Shown: positions 19,901-30,800, counted from the stretch's first letter. The stretch is DNA of 64,000 nt from a virus (IMGVR_UViG_3300014204_000111:96001-160000); one strand, 5' to 3'. The notes: a model not told the origin generated them from the sequence alone. Numbers and translations: made by a program.

Positions 19901-22900
19901 GGTGGCGATTGTGTTTATGAAGAGAATGCTGTTGGTATGTTCTATTCTCAAGCATTAGCAAGAGCACAGGCTAAGGCACTCGAAATGGAAGGCCAGCCAC
20001 TTCCTATCTATTCTAATGATTCGCAGCGTGTGGATGCCCTTGTAGAGCTTCTTAAGACCTATCTTAGCGATGATGGGATGGCGGAAGGTGAGGGCGGTGG
20101 ATGTTATACGACGAAGGGACAGCTTGAAGTTGAAGAGAAGATGAACGCAATCCTAAAAGGGAGATAAAATGTTTAACAAGCCAAACAATTTTGTACATCC
20201 TAATGGTTTTGGGAAGGTTAACAAACCACCCAAAAGGAAAGGCCAAAAGACCTTTGGCTATCGTTTCTGGTCTTTTGTGTATTTTTGCTCTTCTGAAGTT
20301 TCTCGTCGTGCTTCTCGTAGAATGATAAAAATGATAAGAGGAGAATAGAATGGCTTGGCTTATCTTCCTAATTCCTATCTTGTGTGTTGTAGCATCCTTT
20401 ATATGGCCTACCAAGTGTCCTAAGTGTGGCTATCATGGATTAAATTTAGCTTGGCAAGATAAGAAATTGTTTGGTAAATATCGTAGATATTATAACTGTC
20501 CTTGTGGACATAAATGGAGTGTGGGAAGATGACAGGTCAAGAGGCGGGAGTATTAGAGAAGAAATTAAAAGCGTTATATCCTAATGCAGTTATTAGTGCA
20601 TATATAACTGATAGAATCCATTGTTCCGAAAAGATTATTCATAATTGGTCTATTTCAATTGAGTTTCCTTTCTCGACTGTTCAAGATGTTGATAATTTCT
20701 TAACTCTTTATCCTGTAAAGGTGTAAAATGTTAGTATGGTTAATTGACGCGGTACAAGAAAATGCTTGTGGCGATACAAAATCATTTATGGTACATGCTT
20801 CATCTACAAGAGAGAAAGCGGAAGCTTGGGTTAAAATGCAGCAAGATAAACATAAAGATTATATGCCAAAGTATGAATATATCATTAGTGGCTATACTCT
20901 TGATGTAGAGGATTTAATCCAAGTTTAACTAGAGACTTGTTTCTTTGCTCTTCACTATGGGTATAATTAAGAGTAAGTCAAGGGAGTAAGAAATGGAAAC
21001 GATTTTGTTAGTTAGTTATAAGCCAGATAAGACCAGGCGTATTAGTGCTACATTCTTTTATTGTAAGCAAAAGGATTGGGACGACGAACCTTTGCACCAA
21101 GTTACTGATAAGGATTATAAAGCAGTAATCCTTTGGGCGAAAGTTATTGAGGAACAGAAAGGAAAGGACGTTCATATAGATATTCTTCAACATCTGCTTG
21201 ATAGTATTAAGAATGACCAAAAGCATAGTTATGAGTCTGAAGATTGGTTTATCCAGTTTGTGCCTTGTATCTGTTCTTAAAGGATAAAGAGATGAAAGTA
21301 AGCGTATTGATTAAACACCTTCGTAAGTATACAGTAAAATATAAATTAGCCAAGCAATCTTATCTTTACGCAATGAAGAGAGATTGGAGTTTTAAAACTA
21401 AGTGGCGTTATTTTAAATGGGCTATTGAACCATTATTTCGATAGGAGCACGAAATGAAAGCTAGTACATTAATTACACAACTTTGTGAGTGTCTTATCAG
21501 TAATACTATAATTGGACAAGATAAAGAGACAATCATTCGTGCTAGAGCTGCTCTAATAAATGCAATCAAAGCGGCTAATTCTGATTGTGATGTTTGCACA
21601 GAAGATATAAACTTTGATAGTGTAGAATTTAAAGCAGCTATTCTTTTGGTGTTTGATGATTGCCCTAAAAATAATTACATTGATATTTTACCTAAGACTG
21701 ATTAGTTGCTCTTTATCTGGGGTATAATAAGGCATCTGAGAGGGAGAACAACAAAATGGCTAAGATTACTTTCGATTATAAGTGTAACCGTTGTGAGCAG
21801 GATGTTCGTAACACGAATGTTCAAGTAGGTATTAATCAAAGTTGTGATTATGATTCGTCTATTTCGATTGATACAACCTGTCCTGTGTGTGGTCAAACAA
21901 TGACTTGGGACTATGATGGTTTTAGTGATTGGACAGCCTCTTACGAGCCTTACAAAGCTCCTGACGTGGATTATAGCAAGCCTGCCAGTGATATTAAGTG
22001 CGAAATCTGCGGCAAAGGTCAAAGCAATCACGACGAATTTAATAGTATCATTCGTGGTAACACTACAATGTTTCGTCGTGTTTGTTCTGAATGCAGGAAG
22101 GATTATATCTTTCGTGAACATCCTATCTGTGATATCTGTGGAAAGACTAACAATCGTGATATTAGTATATGGCAACGTCTGGTAGATAACAAGTTTCAAA
22201 CTATCTATACTTGTGAGGATTGCTTTAATAAGGCGTTTAATAAAACATAATGTATGGTAAGAATATTACAAAATGTAGGTTTCTTAAACATATATATGTA
22301 AAAATAGCTCAAAGGATATGGCCTTATCATCTTAGACAGTGGAAGTTTTTTCGTTTTAGAGGAGTAAGAAATAAAAATATCAAAGCTATTATGGAAGATA
22401 TATAGAATGATAAAGAGAGGTTCTTATCGTTATGGTATGGTTATACTTAGAGAAGAATGGAATCGGTGTAAACACAATGGACATATATAATCTTTGCTCT
22501 TTATCTTGGAAACAATGATGATGCAACTACTTACATGTATTAAGAGAAAGATAAGGATAATAACATCGTATTTTAACTCTTATGTAAATTGTAAATTATC
22601 TACAAGGTTAAGATATTTAGTAACTCAAGCTAAATATAGAAAACATGTTGGTAAAAGAGCAATGACAATGAGGAAATAATGATGAATTTACTTAAGTGCG
22701 TAAGAATAACAATAAGGAAAAGAACGCCACACTTTAACTCTTATATAAGAAATAACTTATCTTTAAGATTAAAAGATATGATATTTAACAAAAGGTTAAT
22801 GGAATGGGCGTACAAGGAAATTATAAGTGCTAAAGCTGAATCAGTAAAATTTCCTCCAAGACAGTTATGAGATTCTTTAACAGCTTAAAAATGGCTAAAA

Positions 22901-23360
22901 GGATATATCGTTTTTGTTTACGTATGGTTGAAATATCATCAAATCTTAATAAAATATCTATGTTCAAAGAATTATGTAAACGCTGGCATAATTGGAATGG
23001 ATTCTAACTCTTTTGCTCTTTATGTTTGAATGAGAATAGGAGAATACACAAGAGATGAATATAATAGATATATATGAAATATGTAAAGAGAAGTTTATAG
23101 GATGGTTAGATAAACAATGTTATAATTCGTATATTTCGTTATTCCCTTTTACGATGTGGGGGAAGTTACACAAACAGATAATGGTGTATTATGATACTAA
23201 TATGAAGGTAACAGGTTTATCTAATACGGAAATAGAAGAATTAGCGAAGGAATATACTTACGGTTATATTAACTTATTTTGGATTCCTTTATCTATAATG
23301 ATTGGGTTGATAGGTATTATTGTAGGATGTTTAGGCATTATTATAGGGTGTTTTATATAA
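16946..23360 (+). other. Run of ~25 small hypothetical early genes, many Cys-rich, many under their own promoter
   Basis: For example 17136-17564, 17637-18038, 18087-18425 (wHTH-like), 18484-18807 (CADGFSMSVQAS..HYC.P conserved phage family), 19447-19773, 19823-20167, 21756-22250 (multiple CxxC). Confidence 0.7.
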
Positions 23361-23393
23361 ACACCGCAATATAGGGTATATAACTAATTCTAC

Positions 23394-23468
23394 ATCGTTT
23401 TCAAACCAATTATTATAGATAGTTTATCGTTTTCATAGATAGTTTATCGTTTTCAAACCAATTATTAT
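23394..23468. repeat. Nested direct repeats in AT-rich intergenic DNA
   Basis: ATCGTTTTCA x3, ATCGTTTTCAAACCAATTATTAT x2, ATAGATAGTTTATCGTTTTCA x2. Confidence 0.85.
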
Positions 23469-24039
23469 GGGAAAAGCTAGGTCTTTTATATATTTAAAAA
23501 TCAATCTCAAACAATCTACATATCCCCACAACTTAACCAATATCTAACAAAGTGTTTTACAAGACTACAAAACCTCATAAAAGACCCACATTTAAAGATA
23601 AAGAGCTTAAATTCTAAGTAACCTGTTTGAAATCTTGTCCTTCGGGTATAATATAGCAGCGGGGAAGGGAGCGAGAGGAAAGCTGCTCTATGACCTCTCT
23701 TTCCTGATACCAATAGGAGTGCAATATATGTTGATGAAGTTGTCAAGTTGTTGTTGGGCAGAAGTCTTTGATGAAGATAAAGAGCCTGAATGTTCAAGTT
23801 GTGGCAAAAAGTGTCAAATTATTGAACATGATGTGCCTTTAGCTAAAGATGAAGATTCTTAATCAGGATTTAACCCAATTTTTATTGACATAAACACCAG
23901 CATATGATAATGAGACTGCCTCCCAGAAAGACACGCTTGCCCCAGGTGAGTTAAAAAGGTTTAATTAGTATTTAACCACACAACTGTTTTAAACTCTCTT
24001 CACCGGGTATAATTAAGCATCAGAACGAAGGAGCAAGAA

Positions 24040-24567
24040 ATGAGTAACACAGTGGTCTTGAAATGGGATAGTGATTATAACTCATCAATGGACATTAACA
24101 GCCACTTTCTCGACTTGTGGAATCGTGAAGAGAAGAAATTCGAGACTAAATGGTATGGCGATACCTACAACTTCGATTATAAGTGGATTGATGAAGCTGG
24201 TGGCTGGGCTTCTGAAGAGGATAAGGAAGAGGCTTTCCAGGCTGTCATTAAGCGTGACTTGGAAGGTTGGATGCGTGACCAGCGTATCAAAGATGAAGAG
24301 AAAGAAATGGGCGATGATTGCACTGTGGTTCGCGGAAAGAAAGTTCCGCAGGGAACCAAGGGACGCATCTTCTGGATGAAGGAAGTGCCTAAGTATCATT
24401 CCTATGGGCGTGACTTTGAATGGCGCGCAGGCATTAAAGACCAGTATGGTGATGTTCACTGGCTGCCCCTGTGCTACTTGATGAAGGACACAGTGGAATA
24501 CACTCCGCAAGAGGATGTCATTGCAGAGCATAAGGCTTACTACATGAGGAAGTGGAGCCACAAGTAA
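24040..24567 (+). CDS. Conserved phage hypothetical protein
   Basis: VVRGKKVPQGTKGRIFW motif; promoter, RBS and terminator present. Confidence 0.75.
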   Translation: MSNTVVLKWDSDYNSSMDINSHFLDLWNREEKKFETKWYGDTYNFDYKWIDEAGGWASEEDKEEAFQAVIKRDLEGWMRDQRIKDEEKEMGDDCTVVRGKKVPQGTKGRIFWMKEVPKYHSYGRDFEWRAGIKDQYGDVHWLPLCYLMKDTVEYTPQEDVIAEHKAYYMRKWSHK

Positions 24568-24584
24568 GATACGATGGAGAATAT

Positions 24585-24613
24585 GGCCTGGGGAAACCCA
24601 GGCTCTTTTTTTT
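24585..24613 (+). terminator. Intrinsic terminator
   Basis: GCCTGGG-GAAA-CCCAGGC followed by TCT8. Confidence 0.85.
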
Positions 24614-24735
24614 AACTAAAATTTGGCTTGACACCAAGGGCTTCATATGATAATGAGCTGAGCATAGGACATAAGAGTGTTTAACCAGATTTTCACTCAG
24701 AAAGTGTTTGAAAGCCTCTTCACCGGGTATAATAA

Positions 24736-24815
24736 GATACCCTAGAGACTTGGGTGCGAATCCCAACTGCCCGTCGCAGGGTACATCGTCTAAGAGTAGG
24801 ATACTAGGCTGTATT
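24736..24815 (+). ncRNA. Circularly permuted tRNA-like RNA #5
   Basis: GATAC-CCTAG / CTAGG-ct-GTATT bulged terminal stem; TTGGG-TGCGAAT-CCCAA; TGCCC/GGGTA; TC-GTCT-AAGAGTA-GGAT D arm. Confidence 0.85.
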
Positions 24816-24832
24816 TTTGTTAGGAGTTTACA

Positions 24833-25129
24833 ATGAACATTCAAGACTTGATTAATGCCCCTAGGATTGTCGTTCGTAACAGCAGAGGCCAGCTTGTTGG
24901 TGGGATGCCATCTTACAAGGTTCACGAACCTAACGCGAAGATTAAGAGCGTTCGTCAGTTCTTTGGCTATCTGATGCATTCATCCTGGGGAAAGAACATT
25001 CAGGATGCCACTATGGAAGCCTACAATGCCCAAGGTGAGCTTTTGGCACGTGCTTCTGTGTCCACCACAGGGACGCATCCTAACGGTCATCCTAAGCGTT
25101 CTGTGAAGGTCTCATTCACGAAAGTTTAA
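24833..25129 (+). CDS. Hypothetical protein
   Basis: AGGAG RBS; VVRNSRGQLV resembles LVRDSRTGRFV in the 12978-13304 ORF. Confidence 0.7.
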   Translation: MNIQDLINAPRIVVRNSRGQLVGGMPSYKVHEPNAKIKSVRQFFGYLMHSSWGKNIQDATMEAYNAQGELLARASVSTTGTHPNGHPKRSVKVSFTKV

Positions 25130-25228
25130 CCAAGAAACCTGTTAGAACCTTGAAAGTTGGGGTATAATTAAGAGTGAGGGAAAGAAAGCTTCCCAAGTTT
25201 GAAAGGCTGCTTTAGCGCCAAAGATTGA

Positions 25229-25301
25229 AAGCGGAAGGTGCGGGTGTAAGGCCCGTGTGTCAGTAACTCTGGCAGTAGACTAAATAATAGGTCAGCCGCT
25301 T
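25229..25301 (+). ncRNA. Circularly permuted tRNA-like module #6
   Basis: AAGCGG/CCGCTT; GCGGG-TGTAAGG-CCCGT; TGTCAG/CTGGCA; TA-GACT-AAATAATA-GGTC. Confidence 0.7.
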
Positions 25302-25497
25302 GTTTGAAAGCAAAGACAATCAATAGTTTAGGGGTTAGAACGCCAGACAAGCATGGTCGCACCTGTAGATGGTAGGGCAGCTTCGGACGCTGCTTGATTG
25401 TTGGATGCTAAAGAAGGATGGTTGGCACTTACCAAAAGTCCGCCGCATTGAAAGGCTGCTAGAAGCGCCGTTTATGAGACTGTCTAATTAACAGTTA

Positions 25498-25582
25498 GCA
25501 AGGAAACGAGAGTGCAATCCTCTCTGCTGATTTAGCAAGTTGCAAATTGCCTTAAGCATCGTCTAGTAGAAGGACGCCTTGT
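25498..25582 (+). ncRNA. Circularly permuted tRNA-like module #7
   Basis: GCAAGG/CCTTGT; GAGAG-TGCAATC-CTCTC; TGCT/AGCA with inner hairpin; TC-GTCT-AGTAGAA-GGAC D arm. Confidence 0.8.
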
Positions 25583-25614
25583 GTTTGAAATCTGGTGGAT
25601 TGGGTATAATAAGA

Positions 25615-26285
25615 GTGAGGCAAGGTTCAGGTGAGTAGCTTGGTAAAACATTGGGAATCAACCATAGATAACCTATCTTAAGTTCTTTTAAAATAGTTGG
25701 TATGTTTTGTTCTCATGATGAAGAGCAAAGAGATACGGATATACAGGAGAAGTTCGACTCTTTTCCTCTTGTTCTTCATCTTTTAACTTGATAACTTATG
25801 AGTCTTATAGCCCTTATAATTGGTGAGTCCTGTTATGTATTAGGGAATTAGAAGTAAGACTCTTTTAACTTGATAATTTCATATAAGAGTCTCGCTAGAC
25901 TTAGACCCGGTGGGTTTAAGGGAAATAATTAGAGATTCTTCAGATTACGGGAAGAGAGGATTGGACTTGTATGGAGCAGCTTAACAGTACCCTAATTACA
26001 GGTTCCCTCTCTTTTCTCTGGTTAAATTGTTTGCAAACCCGTACTAACTGGGATAAGTTAGGATGATAACAACATTACAGTTAAATCTTAAAGTCTCATT
26101 GTTAAAGAGCAAGGAGAAATGATATGCGAACCTTCACCTAATTGGTTCTGAAAGACAAAGATTTTAATACATATAAATATAAATTGAATTGTTCGAGTTA
26201 CCTATGTGAAATTCAGGTGGCCTCTTTCTTAGAACTTGTTGCAGTGGTCTTATCCTAATCTGCTGTTCTAAGGGAGAGGTTTTTG
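25615..26285 (+). ncRNA. Non-coding array of long hairpins including a T-loop minihelix (25717-25780)
   Basis: GATGAAGAGCAA/TTGTTCTTCATC with GAGAAG-TTCGACT-CTTTTC; GAGTCTTAT/GTAAGACTC; GAGTCTC/GAGATTC; hairpin 26220-26280; no ORF of 60 aa or more. Confidence 0.55.
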
Positions 26286-26357
26286 CTATTATTTAACCTA
26301 AAACATGTTTGTTTGCTCTTCATCCGGGTATAATAAGGCATCTAAGAAACAGGGAGC

Positions 26358-26816
26358 TTGAAAATGACATTCGTGGGAAGCAAGTATAACGAAACTAAGA
26401 ATCTTTCAACCACCGAGATTGCCAAGCTCATTCGTGCTGACATCAAGGCTGCTAAGGCTGATGGTTCAATCCCCAAGTTTTGCAAAGTTTCAGTGAATAC
26501 TGAATACTTCGCCAATGGTTCAAGCATTGACGTTCGTTTGAAGACCTGGGAAGGTGAAATGGTTAACATTGAGTTAGCACGTGAAATCTATCCCAATCGT
26601 CCATGCAACATGAAAGATATCCTTGTGATGAAGCTGGCAAAGACTCTTAGCACTCTCCAGGCTATCCACGACAGCTACAACCAGGACAGCAGCGAATCAA
26701 TGGTGGATTACTTCTGTGTTAACTACTATGGTTATGCTGATTTGGATTCGGAACTGAGCGACAAGATTCATGAGACATTGAAAGCTAACAACATCAAAGG
26801 ATATTATGACCGTTAG
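26358..26816 (+). CDS. LPD29-like (large polyvalent protein-associated) domain protein
   Basis: AKLIRADIK...KVSV...GSSIDV...YNQDSS.SMVDYF.VNYY pattern. Confidence 0.55.
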   Translation: MKMTFVGSKYNETKNLSTTEIAKLIRADIKAAKADGSIPKFCKVSVNTEYFANGSSIDVRLKTWEGEMVNIELAREIYPNRPCNMKDILVMKLAKTLSTLQAIHDSYNQDSSESMVDYFCVNYYGYADLDSELSDKIHETLKANNIKGYYDR

Positions 26817-27002
26817 TGTTTGAAACCTGAGCTAACGGGTATAATAAAGCATCAAAGGAGAGAGATGGCTAAATTCTGTTGTGAGTGTGGAGAAAAGGTT
26901 AATGATTATGAGTGGGATGAAGTATTAGGAGCTTATTTCGGTTATTGCTCCGAGTGTGACGAAGACCATCTTGTACATTGAAATATCTCAGTAAGTCTAC
27001 AT

Positions 27003-27110
27003 CCTTGCGTAGTTGAAAGAGAATAACGGTCTATAATCTCTGACGGGTAATAGATGCATTAAAACCGTGTATATTATAGAACATTGTGGGTGCAAGTCCT
27101 ACCGTAAGGT
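27003..27110 (+). ncRNA. tRNA-like RNA with long insertion in the anticodon arm, no encoded CCA
   Basis: CCTTGCG/CGTAAGG acceptor; TA-GTTG-AAAGAGAA-TAAC; TCTATAAT/ATTATAGA enclosing ~34 nt; GTGGG-TGCAAGT-CCTAC. Confidence 0.75.
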
Positions 27111-27464
27111 CTTAATTTCTAACTGAGAAGTGTTTAAAACTTCGTTACTAGGGTATAATACAATCGAGAGAGAAACTCTCTTTGCTCTTAATCTTGGAGA
27201 AAAAGATGTACGCCACTAAGAACTATAAGACTAAGAAAGAGTTTAAAGCTGCTGTTGCTGAGAAAGATGTCGAAGTCTATCAGCCTAACCAGATGTTTGA
27301 AGTCAAGGCTGGCCCAAAGGTTATCTGTGGCCCTCACGCTCCTGCAATGCATACGTGGTACGCTAATGCTAGGGTTATCGAGAGAGATGGCAGTTTCTAT
27401 GTTGAGAAGGGTAGCAAGGTTGTTTAGGAAGTGACCCACTTGGGTATAATAAGATGAGTGAACC

Positions 27465-27490
27465 AGCCTGGGAGCAACCCAGGCACTTTT
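27465..27490 (+). terminator. Intrinsic terminator-like hairpin
   Basis: GCCTGGG-AGCAA-CCCAGGC followed by ACTTTT. Confidence 0.6.
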
Positions 27491-27850
27491 GCATTGAAAT
27501 CATCTTTAAATAAAGAGATAATTCTTCATTATCATATGATTGGCGCTTTGTATATAGATAAGTTGAGATTTTAATTAGATTTAATTATATTCATTAATTC
27601 AATTTTTAAATATTTAACCTATATAAAGGAACCTTCTGGCTGGTAGAGAGTTAAATTTAGAGTATTATATGATATATTATATATGATAAAAGTTTATAGG
27701 GAAATTGGTTCCATAGAAAAAAGACCTAGTGCTCTAGTTCACAAAATTCAAACTATAAAAATTTCTTTTAAAAATAAATCTTCCAAAAAGAAAGTTCACA
27801 AAATTCAAATATAAAAAAGGGACTCCTAAAGAAAAAGGTGGTACAGAAAA

Positions 27851-30800
27851 ATGAATTATATAAGAAATAAGTTTTTAAATAAAATTAGATATAATATTAT
27901 TTGTAAAGCTCTGAAAGTAGATTCCTTAGAAAATATGTTGGTTGAAATAAAAAGGTACATATTTCCTCATAGATTATTGGTCTTAGATAGTATATATAAA
28001 ATATTTGTTGAAAAAGGATTAAGAGGAACTACCATAAAGCAAGATTGGAAATATATGGTTGATATGGTGAGATTAGGGACTCCTAAATAAAAAGGTGGTT
28101 AGAAAATATGTATAACTATATAAGTGATTTATGGAAAGGTAAAAAGAATGGATGTTTGAGAGCCTATTGGAATAAATTAAAATATCACTTGAACAAGAAT
28201 GTTTAACACAATGAAAACAATTAGATTCCATATATATAAATTATTTTATTTGCAAATAGTTCCTTGTAGTAATGTGAGAAAATATAGATATATAGATAGT
28301 CCATATCTTTTTAAACAAAAAATTGGATTAGCTAATGTTTTTAGGATGATAAAAAAAGGAGCTTTAAAATGTCTTTAAATCAATTTCTAAGTTTTATTCG
28401 TATATATTTTGCTAGAAATAATACTTGTTTTGCTCCTAGTTTTATTCCTAATAATACCTTTAAGAATGGTTTTGAAAAAATTTGGCTGGCCTTCCTTTTT
28501 ATATTATGAATCTTAGAGTAACATATAAAAAATGGCTTTATTATAGAGGTAATGTGCAGAACGAAATATATAATAAAGAGACCTGGAATCTTTTTCTTTC
28601 AAAAAATGGTGAAAAGAGGTTTCCATGATATTTATATTAAAAATTATCAGACATCGCTTATATGTACGATATTATAATTATTTAGCAGAAACATTGAGTG
28701 CTCGTGAATTTTTGTCTGATTCTCGTGATTGGACTAATAAAGGAGTTATAAATGTATGGGAACAAATAAGACGACGTTTTATGTAAAGTTTACTGGACTT
28801 ATTAGAAATAGAATCTATTTATGTTTTTATAAGAAAAAGTGTGGATTTATACTTATTGAGGAAAACAAATTCTATCCTTTGAGTACCTGTTGGTCTAAAG
28901 TTATTAAGAAAGTTTCACACAATGATTAAAATGACCCAAATTATTAGATATCAAATATATTTAGTTTATGATAAAAATGTTAAAAAATCCATTGCATTCA
29001 AAAAAGTACCTTATCGTGATATGAATAGTATGGGGTATGATTGGAATAGATTAGGAATAGCAAATATATTTGATAGTTTAAAAACCAATGTACCATGTGA
29101 AAAATATACTAGACTTATTATACATGGATATTAATTTAAAAATTATTGCTTTTACCATCTATAATAAAAGATGGAAAAGTCATTACTATAAATTATACCC
29201 AGATAGTAATATACAACCTTATTCGGAAAAGATTTCTTCTATAAGAAAAAAGGCTGTTGCTAGATGGCATTTAAGTTTGACTCTATGTTGGGAGGAATTG
29301 ACATGCTCTTCATCTTAAAAGTTATTAGGCATCGTTTATATTATAGAGTATGGAGTCCTTACTGGTCAATTACACATAGTGATAATTATTCTACTTCTAT
29401 AAGTTGGAACTGCTGGGTAAATAATGGACTATCACGCTTATTAGGAAAATTAAGATGAAAATATTCAAAATTATTCATTATAGATTCTATCATCTATTAT
29501 ATAGTAGGGGTATTATCAATATAAGAATTAATATAAAAAATTATTCATCTAATAATAGTTTTATTTGGTTCAATATAGGTATATCACGTATTTTACAGCA
29601 GCTAAAAACAGGAAAATTTTACTAATATCATGTCATTAAATCTATTTTTAAATCTGATTCACTTATATATCTCAAGTCATAACGGACACCAAGATACAAA
29701 AGACCATAGCTCTTTATCTTATAAAATAATGGTAATGGCTCAATTAAAAAACAAACATAATCTTATTACTTTCTCTATGGTTGGAACATATAAGATGTCA
29801 TACTTATGGTGGATAGAAAACAGGAAAAGAGATGAAATTTCTAAGAGAAATTAGGAATAAAATTTATTATGCTATTTCACCGGAGCTTGGTTATTTTAAA
29901 ATGTATGTGTCTCTTAAAAATGCCTTTATAGCGTGTAAATGTATATATTTGGGTGAAGAAGGTACTTTGTTGGAAAAATTTTATGACCTATTAAATAAAG
30001 AGAACAATGATTCTTTACGGGAGTGAAATGCAATATCTTCATAAAATTAACACTGAGTTACATAATCTTTATTGTCTTTTATTACATCTTCGCGCGCGTT
30101 TTTACTTTCCTGACAAAAATTTGTCAGAAAAATGGAGTTATATTGTTAAACATGTACAAAAAATTAATGAAGAGTTATAACAAAAATTGTTGTATTAATA
30201 TTTTATTAAGGGTAGATGAGAAAATGAGAAATAACAAATTATGAGAACAAAAAGAAACATAATTGATGTGATATATTGGAATATTGTAAATTTTGTATTT
30301 TCTTATAATTTAGATGGTTATTCAGATTTTCGATGGGGAATGTATCTAAAGAATCGGTGGAATTTTATAAAAAAATATTATAAACATAGGTCTTAAAAGA
30401 TGAATTTTACAACTCGTATTAAAAAAATTATTTATAAATTAAGATATAATACTTTTATGGCCCCCCATGCGGTAAAAGAAATATTATCAGATTGGCATAT
30501 TTTAATACAAAGAGCTAGAAGAGTTAAAGTAATCAAAGCATATGAACGAGCTTCTAAACAAAGATTTATTTGCAGACTTTTTTTTATTCATGTTATAAAG
30601 GTGATGAGAAGACATGCTTTTCTTAAGAGTAATTAAATTTATTATATATAAATATAGCTATAATCAGATATATTATACCAAATTGTTTAATAATCAATTA
30701 AATAAAGCTTTTTATCAGTGTTTATCTTTAGCACTTATAAAAAAGAGGTATCATATAAAAAAGAGGTATTATATTGACAAATAATTTATTTTATAAAATT

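Noticed and set aside
4931-25582. Permuted units as genes for mature functional tRNAs (red-algal/archaeal type)
   Set aside because: No anticodon or bulge-helix-bulge junction can be reconstructed at the ends, and several acceptor stems are short or irregular.
11463-27439. Long minus-strand or off-frame ORFs (11916-12494, 21702-22199, 24085-24561, 24518-24979 and similar)
   Set aside because: Shadows of + strand genes that have their own promoter and RBS.
10600-27460. CRISPR array or mini-array
   Set aside because: The recurring ~45-nt units are promoters separated by genes; there is no constant repeat-spacer period and no cas gene.
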